The notes below the pieces were generated by a model. The model worked only from the letters and a program-made list of their open reading frames with translations. It was not told where the DNA came from and searched no databases. The translations under genes were made by a program, and so were the position numbers. From an uncultured delta proteobacterium (GTDB lineage: Bacteria > Desulfobacterota > Binatia > UBA9968): a DNA stretch of 64,000 nucleotides. Where the stretch lies: the NCBI GenBank assembly GCA_963771465.1, contig CAVYTU010000019.1, forward strand, positions 32,001-96,000, given 5' to 3'. Positions within the stretch are counted from its first letter, which is position 1. Every line of letters begins with the position of its first letter. This document shows, in pieces, positions 29,406 through 39,238 of the stretch.

Positions 29406-30683
29406 ATGCTGCCACGCGAAGAAAACGACATGCTCACGCTCGTCAGCCCCGACAAACCGATGGGCAAACTTATGCGCTGTTACTGGATTCCCGCGCTGCT
29501 GGCGAGTGAGATTCCCGAGCCCGACTGTGCGCCGGTGCGGGTGCGCTTGCTCGGCGAAGATCTGGTCGCCTTTCGCGACACACAGGGCCGAGTCGGTCTC
29601 CTTGACGAGCATTGCGCTCATCGAGGCACTTCGCTGTTTTTCGGGCGGAATGAAGAGTGCGGCCTGCGCTGTATTTATCATGGTTGGAAATATGATCTCG
29701 ACGGCAAGGTGCTCGACACACCGGCGGAGCCCGCCGACAGCACACTCAAAAACAAAGTGCGCCAGAACGCCTATCCCTGCAAGGAAGCCGCCGGCATCGT
29801 CTGGACCTACATGGGACCGAAGGACAAGCTGCCGCTGCTGCCCAATTACGAGTGGATGAGCATGGCACCGGCAAATCTCTACGTCACCAAATCGATCCAA
29901 GACTGTAGTTGGCTGCAAGGCCTCGAAGGCGAATGCGACTCGTCGCACCTGTCCTTCTTGCACAAAAGTTTTACTGGCGACCGGCCGCGCGGCGGCGGCG
30001 ACGGCGAGCTTTACGCTGCCGACTCGGCGCCGCAGTTGGAAGGCATCGAAATGGACTACGGCATCCGCATGTTGTCCTGCCGACGAATCGGCCCGGACGC
30101 GGTCTACTTGCGCGTGTCGAACATCGTGATGCCTTGCCACGGCTTCATCCCCACCGGCGGCATCAACGGCAACCCGGAAGGCTACACAATTCATTCCCAT
30201 GTGCCGATCGATGACACTCACAGCATGCGCTACAACATCCACTTCCGGCGCAACCGGCCGATCGAACTCAACGAAAGGCAGCATGATGACGAGATCGGCG
30301 CCGACTTCAGAAAAATTCGCAATCTACAGAACAACTACTTGCAGGATCGTGAAAAGCAGAAGCGGGAAAACTTCACCGGTATGGGGCCGATCTTTTTGGC
30401 GCACGACGCCTGCGCCACCGAAAGTATGGGGCCAATCTTCGACCGCTCTCAGGAACATCTCGGCGTCAGCGACATGACGGTCATCGCGGTTAGAAAATTT
30501 CTCTTGAACGCGGCGCGCGCCGTCGAGAGTGGCAAAGAGCCACCCCATATCATTCGCACCACCGAACAAACCGACGTGCGCCACGTCGCCTGCATCGCAA
30601 CGAAAATCGCCGCGAGCCGAGATCCCAAAACGTACGTCGTCGAGCAATTGAAGAAAGAGAAATATTGGGAAGCGGAGAATTGA
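29406..30683 (+). CDS. Rieske non-heme iron oxygenase (phthalate 4,5-dioxygenase/LigXa-like)
   Basis: CAHR...CIYHGW Rieske motif; EGECDSSHLSFLH; HDACATESMG. Confidence 0.92.
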   Translation: MLPREENDMLTLVSPDKPMGKLMRCYWIPALLASEIPEPDCAPVRVRLLGEDLVAFRDTQGRVGLLDEHCAHRGTSLFFGRNEECGLRCIYHGWKYDLDGKVLDTPAEPADSTLKNKVRQNAYPCKEAAGIVWTYMGPKDKLPLLPNYEWMSMAPANLYVTKSIQDCSWLQGLEGECDSSHLSFLHKSFTGDRPRGGGDGELYAADSAPQLEGIEMDYGIRMLSCRRIGPDAVYLRVSNIVMPCHGFIPTGGINGNPEGYTIHSHVPIDDTHSMRYNIHFRRNRPIELNERQHDDEIGADFRKIRNLQNNYLQDREKQKRENFTGMGPIFLAHDACATESMGPIFDRSQEHLGVSDMTVIAVRKFLLNAARAVESGKEPPHIIRTTEQTDVRHVACIATKIAASRDPKTYVVEQLKKEKYWEAEN

Positions 30684-30752
30684 TCGTCCTTCGATTCTGA
30701 TTCGACGAATACCAATGATTTCGGTTTGAAGCCGAGTTCACAGCGCCTCGTA

Positions 30753-30823
30753 CGTCATTCCCGCGCACGCGGGAATCTAGCTTCTCGCAGACCGCCTGGA
30801 TGCTCGCCTCCGCGGGCATGACG
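30753..30823. repeat. REP-like palindromic element
   Basis: cgtcattcccgcgcacgcgggaatc...cgcgggcatgacg; same family as 21023. Confidence 0.8.
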
Positions 30824-30992
30824 ATGCTGTTTCAAGATGTTTTGGCAAAGAGTGATACAGTTCACTTCGCCCACATTGTGAACCATCTCTCGTCCGGTCA
30901 ATATCTATTCACCACCGTCGCGCGGCAATATTCCGATTGTATTGCCCTCCCCTTCTTGGTAAGAGCGGGCTAGCTTTTATCCTGGAGGCGCC

Positions 30993-32636
30993 ATGAAAGT
31001 CGTCGACGTTATCGCTGAAATTCTCAAACGCGAGGGTGTCGAGTTTCTCTCCTGCTATCCCACCAACACCATGATCGAAGCCGCGGCCACAGCGGGTATC
31101 CGGCCAATCGTCTGCCGCCAAGAGCGCGTCGGTGTCGGCATCGCCGACGGTTTCACACGCGTTACCAACGGCAAACGCATCGGTGTATTTTCGATGCAGG
31201 CCGGTCCCGGCGCGGAGAATGCGTATTCCGGCATCACCACGGCCTACTCGGACTCGACACCGATTTTACTCTTACCCGTCGGCCACGCGCGCAACACTTC
31301 ACAAGTGCACCGTTTCTTCCGTTCGGTAGAAGCGTACAAATCGGTGACCAAGTGGAGCGAAGAAATCACGCTCGCTAGTCAAGTGCCGGAGATTATGCGG
31401 CGCGCCTTTAGTTATATGAAAATGGGCCGGCCGGGTCCGGTGTTGGTGGAAATTCCCAACGACGCGGCGATCGAAGAGTTTCCATCGGCGACAATCAATT
31501 ACACGCCGGTCAAACGAACCGTTGCCGGCGCCAATGCCAAAGACGTGGAAGCAGCTGCGAAAGTCTTGGTCCAAGCCAAGTGTCCGGTGATCATCGCCGG
31601 CCAAGGTGTGCTCTGGGCCGAAGCGTCGGCAGAATTGATCGAGCTCGCTGAAATGCTGCAAGCGCCGGTAACCACGCCGCTCGAAGGCAAGAGCGCTTTT
31701 CCGGAACATCATCCGTTATCGCTCGGCACCGGCGCCGGCGTTATGCCGCGCCCGGTGCATACCTTCTTGCAGAAAGCGGACGTCATTCTCGCCGTTGGCG
31801 CCAGCCTGACCAAACACAACATCGTCGCCGCGCCAATACCCGCGGGCAAGACGATCATCCATGCGACCAACGATGAGCGTGACATCAATAAACATTACGC
31901 TACGGATTATCCGATTCTCGGCGACGCCAAGCCGGTCTTGCAGCAATTCATCGAAGCGTTGAAGAGTTTACTCGGTAACAAGAATCGCGAAGCCAACGGC
32001 GTCGTCGCCGAAATCAAAAAAGGCAGAGAAGAGTGGATGGCGGAATGGATGCCGAAATTGAATTCCAACGAGAAGCCGATGACACCCTACCGCGTCATGT
32101 GGGAGTTCATGAATTTGTTCGACCGTAAAGATGTCATCGTCACCCACGACGCCGGCAGCCCGCGCAACCAGCTCGTTCCCTTCTACCAAGCGCCGACGCC
32201 GCGCAGTTATCTCGGCTGGGGCAAGTCCCACGCACTCGGCACCGGGCTCGGCTTGATCATCGGCGCCAAGCTCGCCGCACCGGAAAAGTTCTGTGTGAAT
32301 TTCATGGGCGACGCCGCCTTCGGTATGACCGGCTTGGACTTCGAAACCGCCGTACGCAACAACATACCGACGCTGACGATTGTGCTGAATAATAATTTCA
32401 TGGCGGCCGAAACCCACAGCATGCAAGCCTCCCACGAACGTTTTGGCACGATGAATATCCTCGGCAACTACGCCGACCTGGCAAAATCGCTGGGAGGTTG
32501 GTCCGAGCGCGTGGAAGAAGCAGGACAAATCGTTCCTGCGCTTCAGCGCGCTCACAAAACAACTCAAGACGGCAAAGCCGCGCTGCTGGAATTTATCACC
32601 AGCCGGGAAATCAATTATTCGCGCATGCGCGATTGA
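30993..32636 (+). CDS. Thiamine pyrophosphate-dependent enzyme (acetolactate synthase-like)
   Basis: RQERVGVGIADG, GRPGPVLVEIP, GDAAFGM...LNN. Confidence 0.92.
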   Translation: MKVVDVIAEILKREGVEFLSCYPTNTMIEAAATAGIRPIVCRQERVGVGIADGFTRVTNGKRIGVFSMQAGPGAENAYSGITTAYSDSTPILLLPVGHARNTSQVHRFFRSVEAYKSVTKWSEEITLASQVPEIMRRAFSYMKMGRPGPVLVEIPNDAAIEEFPSATINYTPVKRTVAGANAKDVEAAAKVLVQAKCPVIIAGQGVLWAEASAELIELAEMLQAPVTTPLEGKSAFPEHHPLSLGTGAGVMPRPVHTFLQKADVILAVGASLTKHNIVAAPIPAGKTIIHATNDERDINKHYATDYPILGDAKPVLQQFIEALKSLLGNKNREANGVVAEIKKGREEWMAEWMPKLNSNEKPMTPYRVMWEFMNLFDRKDVIVTHDAGSPRNQLVPFYQAPTPRSYLGWGKSHALGTGLGLIIGAKLAAPEKFCVNFMGDAAFGMTGLDFETAVRNNIPTLTIVLNNNFMAAETHSMQASHERFGTMNILGNYADLAKSLGGWSERVEEAGQIVPALQRAHKTTQDGKAALLEFITSREINYSRMRD

Positions 32637-32654
32637 ACGTATTGACTTGGTGCG

Positions 32655-33002
32655 TTGAAATGTTTACGGATAGTGACCGTGGCACGGATTCTAATCAACT
32701 TTCTTCTGGCTTTCAGTCTCATTCTCGGAGTTTCACCGATTAGTGCAGTGGCTTTGCACGAACAAAGCGAGCGATCGGCCGAATCCGAGCCCCCTCTCGA
32801 ACGAGAGGAAGCAACGGCGCGGTCCGGCGCTTCCCGTGCGGCCTCGAAACGGGGTGGCAAACCCACCTTGGCCGATTTACCTCGCATATTTATTCTTATA
32901 GCAGCGGCACCAAAATCCGTTCGTTCGCGATCGATGACGTTTACCATCGCTCCACGTTCCCAGCAAAATCTTCATCAGCTCCTCGGCGTGTTCCGTATCT
33001 AG
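32655..33002 (+). CDS. Small signal-peptide-bearing leader ORF upstream of terC (start uncertain, GTG 32673/32679 possible)
   Basis: Hydrophobic N-terminus; C-terminus PRSQQNLHQLLGVFRI. Confidence 0.55.
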   Translation: MKCLRIVTVARILINFLLAFSLILGVSPISAVALHEQSERSAESEPPLEREEATARSGASRAASKRGGKPTLADLPRIFILIAAAPKSVRSRSMTFTIAPRSQQNLHQLLGVFRI

Positions 33003-33087
33003 ACTCGTCTCCGGTAGTTTTAATTTCCGTTTTTCTCCGGCGCACTCGTGTGCCTAACTCAATCTTTTTTTTTGAAACGGAGACCGT

Positions 33088-34383
33088 ATGGATTCGGACC
33101 GTCTAGTCCTGTGGATTGTTTTCAATATTTTCGTCCTTGGCATGCTCGCCCTCGATCTGGGAGTTTTTCACCGTAAGGCTCATGCGGTTTCAATGAAAGA
33201 AGCCGGCATCTGGAGCTGTGTTTGGATCAGCCTCGCGCTCGTCTTTAACTTGGGCGTTTATTACGTCTGGGGACAGGATAAGGCGATGGAGTTTTTGACC
33301 GGTTACGTCATCGAGAAGTCGCTGAGCGTCGACAATCTCTTCGTTTTTCTGATGATCTTTCAGTACTTCCACACCCCGGCCGAGTATCAGCACCGTATTC
33401 TGTTCTGGGGCATCGTCGGCGCACTGATTCTGCGCGCGATCTTCATCGCCACCGGCGCCGCGTTGCTGTCGAATTTTCATTGGATGATTTATGTCTTCGG
33501 CGGCTTTCTCGTCGTAACCGGGATCAAAATGCTGCTGCAGAGCGAAGAAAAGCTCGATCCGGAGAAAAACCCGGTGGTTCGGCTGTTTCAGCGCATGATA
33601 CCCGTGACCCATCGTTATCATGGTCAGAATTTTTTCATCTTTGAGGACGGTAAGAGACGGGCGACGCTGATGATGGTCGTCTTGATCGTCGTCGAGACTA
33701 CCGACGTCATCTTCGCGGTCGATTCGATACCAGCGATCTTCGCCATTACCCAGGACCCATTTATCGTCTACACCTCCAATGTCTTCGCCATTCTCGGCCT
33801 GCGCGCGCTTTATTTCATGCTCGCGGGAATCATGCAGATGTTTGTCTACTTGAAAGTCGGCCTGTCCTTCGTTCTATGCTTCGTCGGCACCAAGATGTTG
33901 CTGGTGGATGTTTACAAAATCCCCATCGGCGCATCGCTCGCTGTCATTGGCGGAGTTCTTCTGCTCTCGGTGCTCGCATCACTGATCGTGGCGCGTAAAG
34001 AGGTCGCGGCAGTGGCGCCGCCCACCAACCGGATAAAGCCAGACCGAGCGGTTCCACAGCGACCGGCGCGCCCATTCGCGCCGACCTATACAACCATTGG
34101 GCTCTCAGTTTTTTTTCTCGCCACGGTACTAACGCTGGTGAAGTGGGACGCCATCTCGCGCGGCCCCACCGGCCACGAAGCAATCACCGTGTTGCGGGTA
34201 GTCGAACGTGAAGTCGCGCAAGCCAAGTGGCAACACGCTAAAACCCACGGGGCGATACTACGCCGCGCCGACTCCACTCTTGAGCATGCCTGGATGAGGC
34301 TGGAGGAAAAGCGTTATCAAGACGCCATAACAACCGCGCAAAGCGCGGAAAAGCTAATCGAGAAACTAATCAGGAGGAATTAG
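33088..34383 (+). CDS. TerC/Alx family membrane protein with C-terminal extension
   Basis: GYVIEKSLSVDNLFVF, ETTDVIFAVDSIPA, SNVFAILGLRALYF. Confidence 0.92.
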   Translation: MDSDRLVLWIVFNIFVLGMLALDLGVFHRKAHAVSMKEAGIWSCVWISLALVFNLGVYYVWGQDKAMEFLTGYVIEKSLSVDNLFVFLMIFQYFHTPAEYQHRILFWGIVGALILRAIFIATGAALLSNFHWMIYVFGGFLVVTGIKMLLQSEEKLDPEKNPVVRLFQRMIPVTHRYHGQNFFIFEDGKRRATLMMVVLIVVETTDVIFAVDSIPAIFAITQDPFIVYTSNVFAILGLRALYFMLAGIMQMFVYLKVGLSFVLCFVGTKMLLVDVYKIPIGASLAVIGGVLLLSVLASLIVARKEVAAVAPPTNRIKPDRAVPQRPARPFAPTYTTIGLSVFFLATVLTLVKWDAISRGPTGHEAITVLRVVEREVAQAKWQHAKTHGAILRRADSTLEHAWMRLEEKRYQDAITTAQSAEKLIEKLIRRN

Positions 34384-34528
34384 CGAAGACGAGCGGGCAT
34401 TGGCAGAGCGCTCAATCACAACAATCGCGCTTACTACAAATTGAAAGTTCTGGGATTATCCCCTACCAAAGAATGGTGGATGCATTTTTTCGCCTGGCTT
34501 TCGCCGGTCTCGAAATGTTTTCCTGCGG

Positions 34529-35620
34529 CTAGACAACGACTCCATTGGCTTTTAGCGCGGCGTTGTACCGTTTCGGAATCTCCGAATCTTCCTGCTCATA
34601 GGGGATCAACCAGCCGCCTTCATCGACGCTACGGAAAACATCGTCGTCGGTTTTCTGATGCGAAACTTTGAATCCCAATGGATGGATGCGGCTGCCGTAG
34701 CGCACGGCGAGATGGCGCGCCGGTTCATTGCCGGTGTTGAAATGTTGATGAAACCAATCACCGGGCGGGCAATAGATGCTCGCTTCGCCCCATTGGATAT
34801 CGATCACTTCGTCTTCGTACCCGTCGGTGTACGGATGCATGCCCCACTGTTTGTGCCACAAGAGCACGTAACCCACCGATTGCGTGCCGACGATGATCGC
34901 CCCGGGCCCGTGATGATGCGCTTTGTGATATTTGCCCACAGGCCATTCGCCCAAGTGACCGACCAGCGCGTTGCCGGCCATTTCGAACTGCGCCAAGCGC
35001 AAACCGGCGCCTTTGACTTCGAGGCTCTCCAACATCGCCGACTTGATGTCGGGAATGAAATTGGTCTCCCAAATGTTGATCAGACCGCTGACGTAGCGCT
35101 TCTTGCCGACTTCGAAATAATCTTCTTCGCCATAGTAACGGTCCTTGAAACTGTACGGGCAATTGAAAACGAAATTCTCGTCGCGATAAATATCGAAAGC
35201 CAGCGGCGCATTGGTGACCGCGAGAAAGCGCACCGGCTCGCGGGAACCGTTGACCAAGCGATGCGTGGTGTTGAGCGGCGGCGCGAACAGACTCCATTTG
35301 TTCCACTCGAACATCTTCTTGTTGCCGTGGTCGTCCCACAGCTCGGTGGCGCCTTGACCGTTGAGAATGCAGATTACTTCCTCGTACAGATGACGCTCCG
35401 GATTGAGCGCGCCGCCGGGCGCAATCTCACCGATATAGCCGCCGGTGATTCCCTGCATGCCGTGCAGTTGAATGAACGCCGCCTTGCCGCCCATGCGCGC
35501 GTAGGGCGCGACATCCAGCGCGCGTAGATCCGCCATGCCATGGCCGGTATGAATCGGTAAGCCTTGATTTTTCATCCAGCGGACGTAACCGGTTTTTTGA
35601 TTGAGCGGCGCGATATCCAT
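34529..35620 (-). CDS. Double-cupin domain protein
   Basis: ERHLYEE, YHKAHHHGPG, WFHQHFN; paralog of 53808. Confidence 0.8.
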   Translation of the reverse strand: MDIAPLNQKTGYVRWMKNQGLPIHTGHGMADLRALDVAPYARMGGKAAFIQLHGMQGITGGYIGEIAPGGALNPERHLYEEVICILNGQGATELWDDHGNKKMFEWNKWSLFAPPLNTTHRLVNGSREPVRFLAVTNAPLAFDIYRDENFVFNCPYSFKDRYYGEEDYFEVGKKRYVSGLINIWETNFIPDIKSAMLESLEVKGAGLRLAQFEMAGNALVGHLGEWPVGKYHKAHHHGPGAIIVGTQSVGYVLLWHKQWGMHPYTDGYEDEVIDIQWGEASIYCPPGDWFHQHFNTGNEPARHLAVRYGSRIHPLGFKVSHQKTDDDVFRSVDEGGWLIPYEQEDSEIPKRYNAALKANGVVV

Positions 35621-35643
35621 CGTGATCTCCGATGTCCAACTTT

Positions 35644-36681
35644 CTATCCTTCGCCCTTATACCAAAACTCAGGATTGCTTTTGAAAATCTGTTTGGGAAT
35701 CTTGGCGTAGACGAGATTGACGATATCGACCGCTTCACCGATTCCCAAATCCACCGCCAGGCTCGACAGCGCGTAAGCGTCCGCCGCGCTCATGCCTTTT
35801 TCTTGTTGGAGAAAATCGACCGCTTCTTGAAGCGCGATGCGCGTCGCGACGTTGAGATCGACATCGAGGCCGGTGGTGAGATAATCGGTCGCCGTTTCTA
35901 CCCGCGGCTGCTTGATCGTCTTGCCCTTGTGGACGATGAATTGCAAAGTCGGTTTGAGCGAAATCTCGATGGCGCCGCCGTCGACTTCGCCGTCGCCCTG
36001 CACGGCGTGGCCGTCGCCGGTGAAAAATTGACCGCCCTTGTTGAACACCGGCAGAAACAACGACGCGCCGATGCCGGTGAATTTGAGATCGATATTACCA
36101 CCCCACGCGCCCGGCGGCGTCGAGGAAACCATGCCCAGACTGGTCGGCGGCGACACCGCCATGATGCCCATAAAAGGATTGAGCGGAATCTCGATCTCAT
36201 TTGAAAACAGCGCCACGCGCCGCTCGAGATCGATGCGAATCAACTTCGCCGCCGGCGCTTTGAGCAGCTTCGGCAATACGCCTTTGCCCGGCCCGGTGTT
36301 ATTTACGCCGTAAGGCACGCGAAACTTGATATCGTGCACACGCACTTCAAGCGTATCGCCCGGCTCCGCGCCGTCGATGTAAATCGGCCCGGTGAGAATA
36401 TGTACGCTCGCCCCCTTGGGCCGCTTTACTTCCGCATAAACGACCTTAGCGTCGGGCAAGACTTCGTGGTTGGCAATGCCGTAGGCGCTGAAAAACTTCT
36501 CCGGGTTGTTGTTAGTCGTCAACCCTTGATGCGACAGCGCCTCGATCTCGACGATCTGCCCGGGCATTATCGTTAGAGCCGGCGGCAAATTCGCCGCGAT
36601 GTAGCCCCACAAAACAGTATCCGGAGTCGACTTCAAAGTTGCATCGGACGTGATGGGTTTGCTCATGGCGGATTCGCTCAT
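35644..36681 (-). CDS. Acetamidase/formamidase family protein
   Basis: HILTGPIYIDGAEPGD, GGNID, GDGHAVQGDGEV. Confidence 0.9.
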   Translation of the reverse strand: MSESAMSKPITSDATLKSTPDTVLWGYIAANLPPALTIMPGQIVEIEALSHQGLTTNNNPEKFFSAYGIANHEVLPDAKVVYAEVKRPKGASVHILTGPIYIDGAEPGDTLEVRVHDIKFRVPYGVNNTGPGKGVLPKLLKAPAAKLIRIDLERRVALFSNEIEIPLNPFMGIMAVSPPTSLGMVSSTPPGAWGGNIDLKFTGIGASLFLPVFNKGGQFFTGDGHAVQGDGEVDGGAIEISLKPTLQFIVHKGKTIKQPRVETATDYLTTGLDVDLNVATRIALQEAVDFLQQEKGMSAADAYALSSLAVDLGIGEAVDIVNLVYAKIPKQIFKSNPEFWYKGEG

Positions 36682-36810
36682 GGGTTGCCTCTTCTGCGCA
36701 TGACCGTATCCGATCAAATCGAAGACTGTCAATGCGGCACTAATCGGATTAAATGAAAAAGGCGGCGAAGCATGAATGCTCCACCGCCCTTTTACGTATT
36801 GAAATGCCAA

Positions 36811-37557
36811 TCAATCGCGGATCGCCAGCGCGCCGCCATCCACCGGCAGATCGATCGCGTAGATAAACTCCGACTCATCGGAGACCAGAAACACCACGGC
36901 CTTGGCGATATCCATCGGCAGGCCGCGCCGTCCAGCGAGATTTTTGACGAAACGGTTTTCCGGAATATCCTGCTGACCGACGGGAGAGCCGATGCGATTG
37001 GGCGAAACCGAATTGACGCGAATGCCTTCGGGCGCCAGCTGCACCGCGATGGAGCGCGTCAGATTCAACACGCCGGCTTTCGCGGTCGTATACGCCGTCG
37101 CCTCTTTCCTGCCCCAGTGGCCCGACGTCGACGCCACGTTGACGATCCGGCCTTTGCGCTTTTGATCGATCATCACTTTGGCCGCCGCGCGAGTGCAATA
37201 CCACACGCTGCGCATACACACGTTCATCGTCCGGTCCCACTCCTCTTCAGTGATATCGAAGAGCGTTTTGTGATCGGTCCATGCCGCGTTGTTGACCAAA
37301 ATATCGACACCGCCGAATTGTTTCACTACGGTTTGCACCATGGCGTCGACCGACGCCGCGTTGGCCACATCACACACCACCGAGATCGCTTTGCCGGGAT
37401 TGTTCGCGTTTATTTCGCCCGCCACTTTGCTCCCTCGCCCTGGATCTAAATCGACCACAGCGACCTTTGCGCCTTCATCGACAAATAGTTTGCTCACATC
37501 TTCGCCAATATTGCGGCCCGCGCCGGTGACGATGGCGACTTGATCTTTGAGTCTCAT
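36811..37557 (-). CDS. Short-chain dehydrogenase/reductase
   Basis: TGAGRNIG, NNAA, YTTAK; GGAGG RBS. Confidence 0.93.
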   Translation of the reverse strand: MRLKDQVAIVTGAGRNIGEDVSKLFVDEGAKVAVVDLDPGRGSKVAGEINANNPGKAISVVCDVANAASVDAMVQTVVKQFGGVDILVNNAAWTDHKTLFDITEEEWDRTMNVCMRSVWYCTRAAAKVMIDQKRKGRIVNVASTSGHWGRKEATAYTTAKAGVLNLTRSIAVQLAPEGIRVNSVSPNRIGSPVGQQDIPENRFVKNLAGRRGLPMDIAKAVVFLVSDESEFIYAIDLPVDGGALAIRD

Positions 37558-37936
37558 GGGTTCCTCCAAAACAAATTCTTGCTTGCTGCATAGCAGAAGC
37601 CTGACCAAAGTTCCACCCAGCGAAACTCGTCGTTGCGAGCAACTAAAACCCAGGAGGGTGAACGCAGATAATGGAAGACCGCGCGATGGCGAAGCGAATT
37701 CGTCGGCTAAGGATGATTTACTCTACGAGGAAAACTCATGACGCTGTGTTGATCGAGGGGCGACAATGGAGGAACGAAGGCACTGGCGCGAATGTTTCAT
37801 TTTGTGTTCGGCACTCGGCACGATGTTTGAACCTTTTGACTGCTGATCTCACAAGCAACTTACCCGCTTGCAGCATCAAGGCAGAACAGCTTTGCCTTCG
37901 TTCCAGAAGGGTTGCACCTCGATCGCAGTTTTACCG

Positions 37937-38962
37937 CTAGAGGCTAACTTTCTCGATGTAGAGGTCTTTGAGAAATTTGCTGTTCTTAAGCTCTTCGAAG
38001 AAACGCGGCTCGATGATATCGGCCGGTTTGAGCTTGTTGGCGCGCTGATCGGCGGTCGCGCTCACGTCGATCAGAGCTTGGAGCGCTTCACTATTCAACT
38101 CGGGCAAAGGCCTTAGCTGCGCCGAAAAGGCGTCATACATTGAGTCCACGCTCACGCCTTGGTTGCCTGGAAAATATTTTTTCAAGATCGCCAGACTTTC
38201 ACTCCGCTTGGAAACGAAATATTGAATCGCCGCGGCGTAGCCTTTCATGAAGCGGCGCACAGTTTCCTCGTCGCGCTTGATCAAAGAACGAGTCGTGAGT
38301 AAAAGGTCGGTCGCCATGGGCACCGATTTCACATCGAGCACTTTGATACCGATCTTCTGCGCTTCGGAAATCAGCCCCTCGCCGAAGGGCGCGCCTTGCA
38401 CCAAGTTCTTCGTCAAGGCAGCCGCCCGAGCCGGCGCCAGGCCCGCCGCAACCATTTCGACATCCTTCGATGGGTCCAAACCCGCGCGCCGCAAAATCAC
38501 CCGCGCGATGAGATCGGAACGCGCACCCAGCGCTGACACGCCGATCTTTTTGCCTTTCAAATCTTTCACGGCGTCGATGGCCGAGCCGACACCCATGCCG
38601 TACTGATCGAAGCTCACATGGGAGCCGATCAGAATCAGGTCTGCGCCTGTGATAATGGGTTGGAGAACCGCCAAAGGGCTGCCGAATCCGATGAGCACAT
38701 CGACCCCCATCAATGACTGCACCCCGGCGGAAAAAGTATCGCGAATCGGCAGTTCTTCCACCTCGACACCGTGTTGCTTGAACAGACCGCCATCGACGCC
38801 GATGTAAGCGACCGCCGTACCGATCTCCCAGCCGGCATATGCCAAACGTAATTTCTTCGGGCCTTCCGCACCCTCAACCAAAGCCGCGCCGATAAAATGC
38901 GCAGCAATCACCAAACCCAAGCTGAACAGTAATCGGCGACGCCGGAGTCGTGAATAAAGCAT
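37937..38962 (-). CDS. ABC substrate-binding protein, NitT/TauT family
   Basis: Signal peptide; GLFKQHGVEVE, DLKGKKIGV. Confidence 0.85.
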   Translation of the reverse strand: MLYSRLRRRRLLFSLGLVIAAHFIGAALVEGAEGPKKLRLAYAGWEIGTAVAYIGVDGGLFKQHGVEVEELPIRDTFSAGVQSLMGVDVLIGFGSPLAVLQPIITGADLILIGSHVSFDQYGMGVGSAIDAVKDLKGKKIGVSALGARSDLIARVILRRAGLDPSKDVEMVAAGLAPARAAALTKNLVQGAPFGEGLISEAQKIGIKVLDVKSVPMATDLLLTTRSLIKRDEETVRRFMKGYAAAIQYFVSKRSESLAILKKYFPGNQGVSVDSMYDAFSAQLRPLPELNSEALQALIDVSATADQRANKLKPADIIEPRFFEELKNSKFLKDLYIEKVSL

Positions 38963-39238
38963 GCGTAAGCATAACCCACATTTATCGTGGTCCGCAAACA
39001 CCCGCCGCGCAAAAATCCAATGCCGCGAATTTTTCATTGACATGCTCGCGACCTATAGCCTACATTGCCGCTAGATAAATGGCCTTAACCGCCCATTGGC
39101 GCTTTCAACATATCTCCTACGGCGGCACCAAACGAAACATCGGCATCAACTCTGGCATCGCGCTCTTCGTTCTTTCCTACTTTCTCAATTGATTTCCCGC
39201 GGCGCTCGTCCGCCGGTCTCAACGCGGAGTGATGGCGG

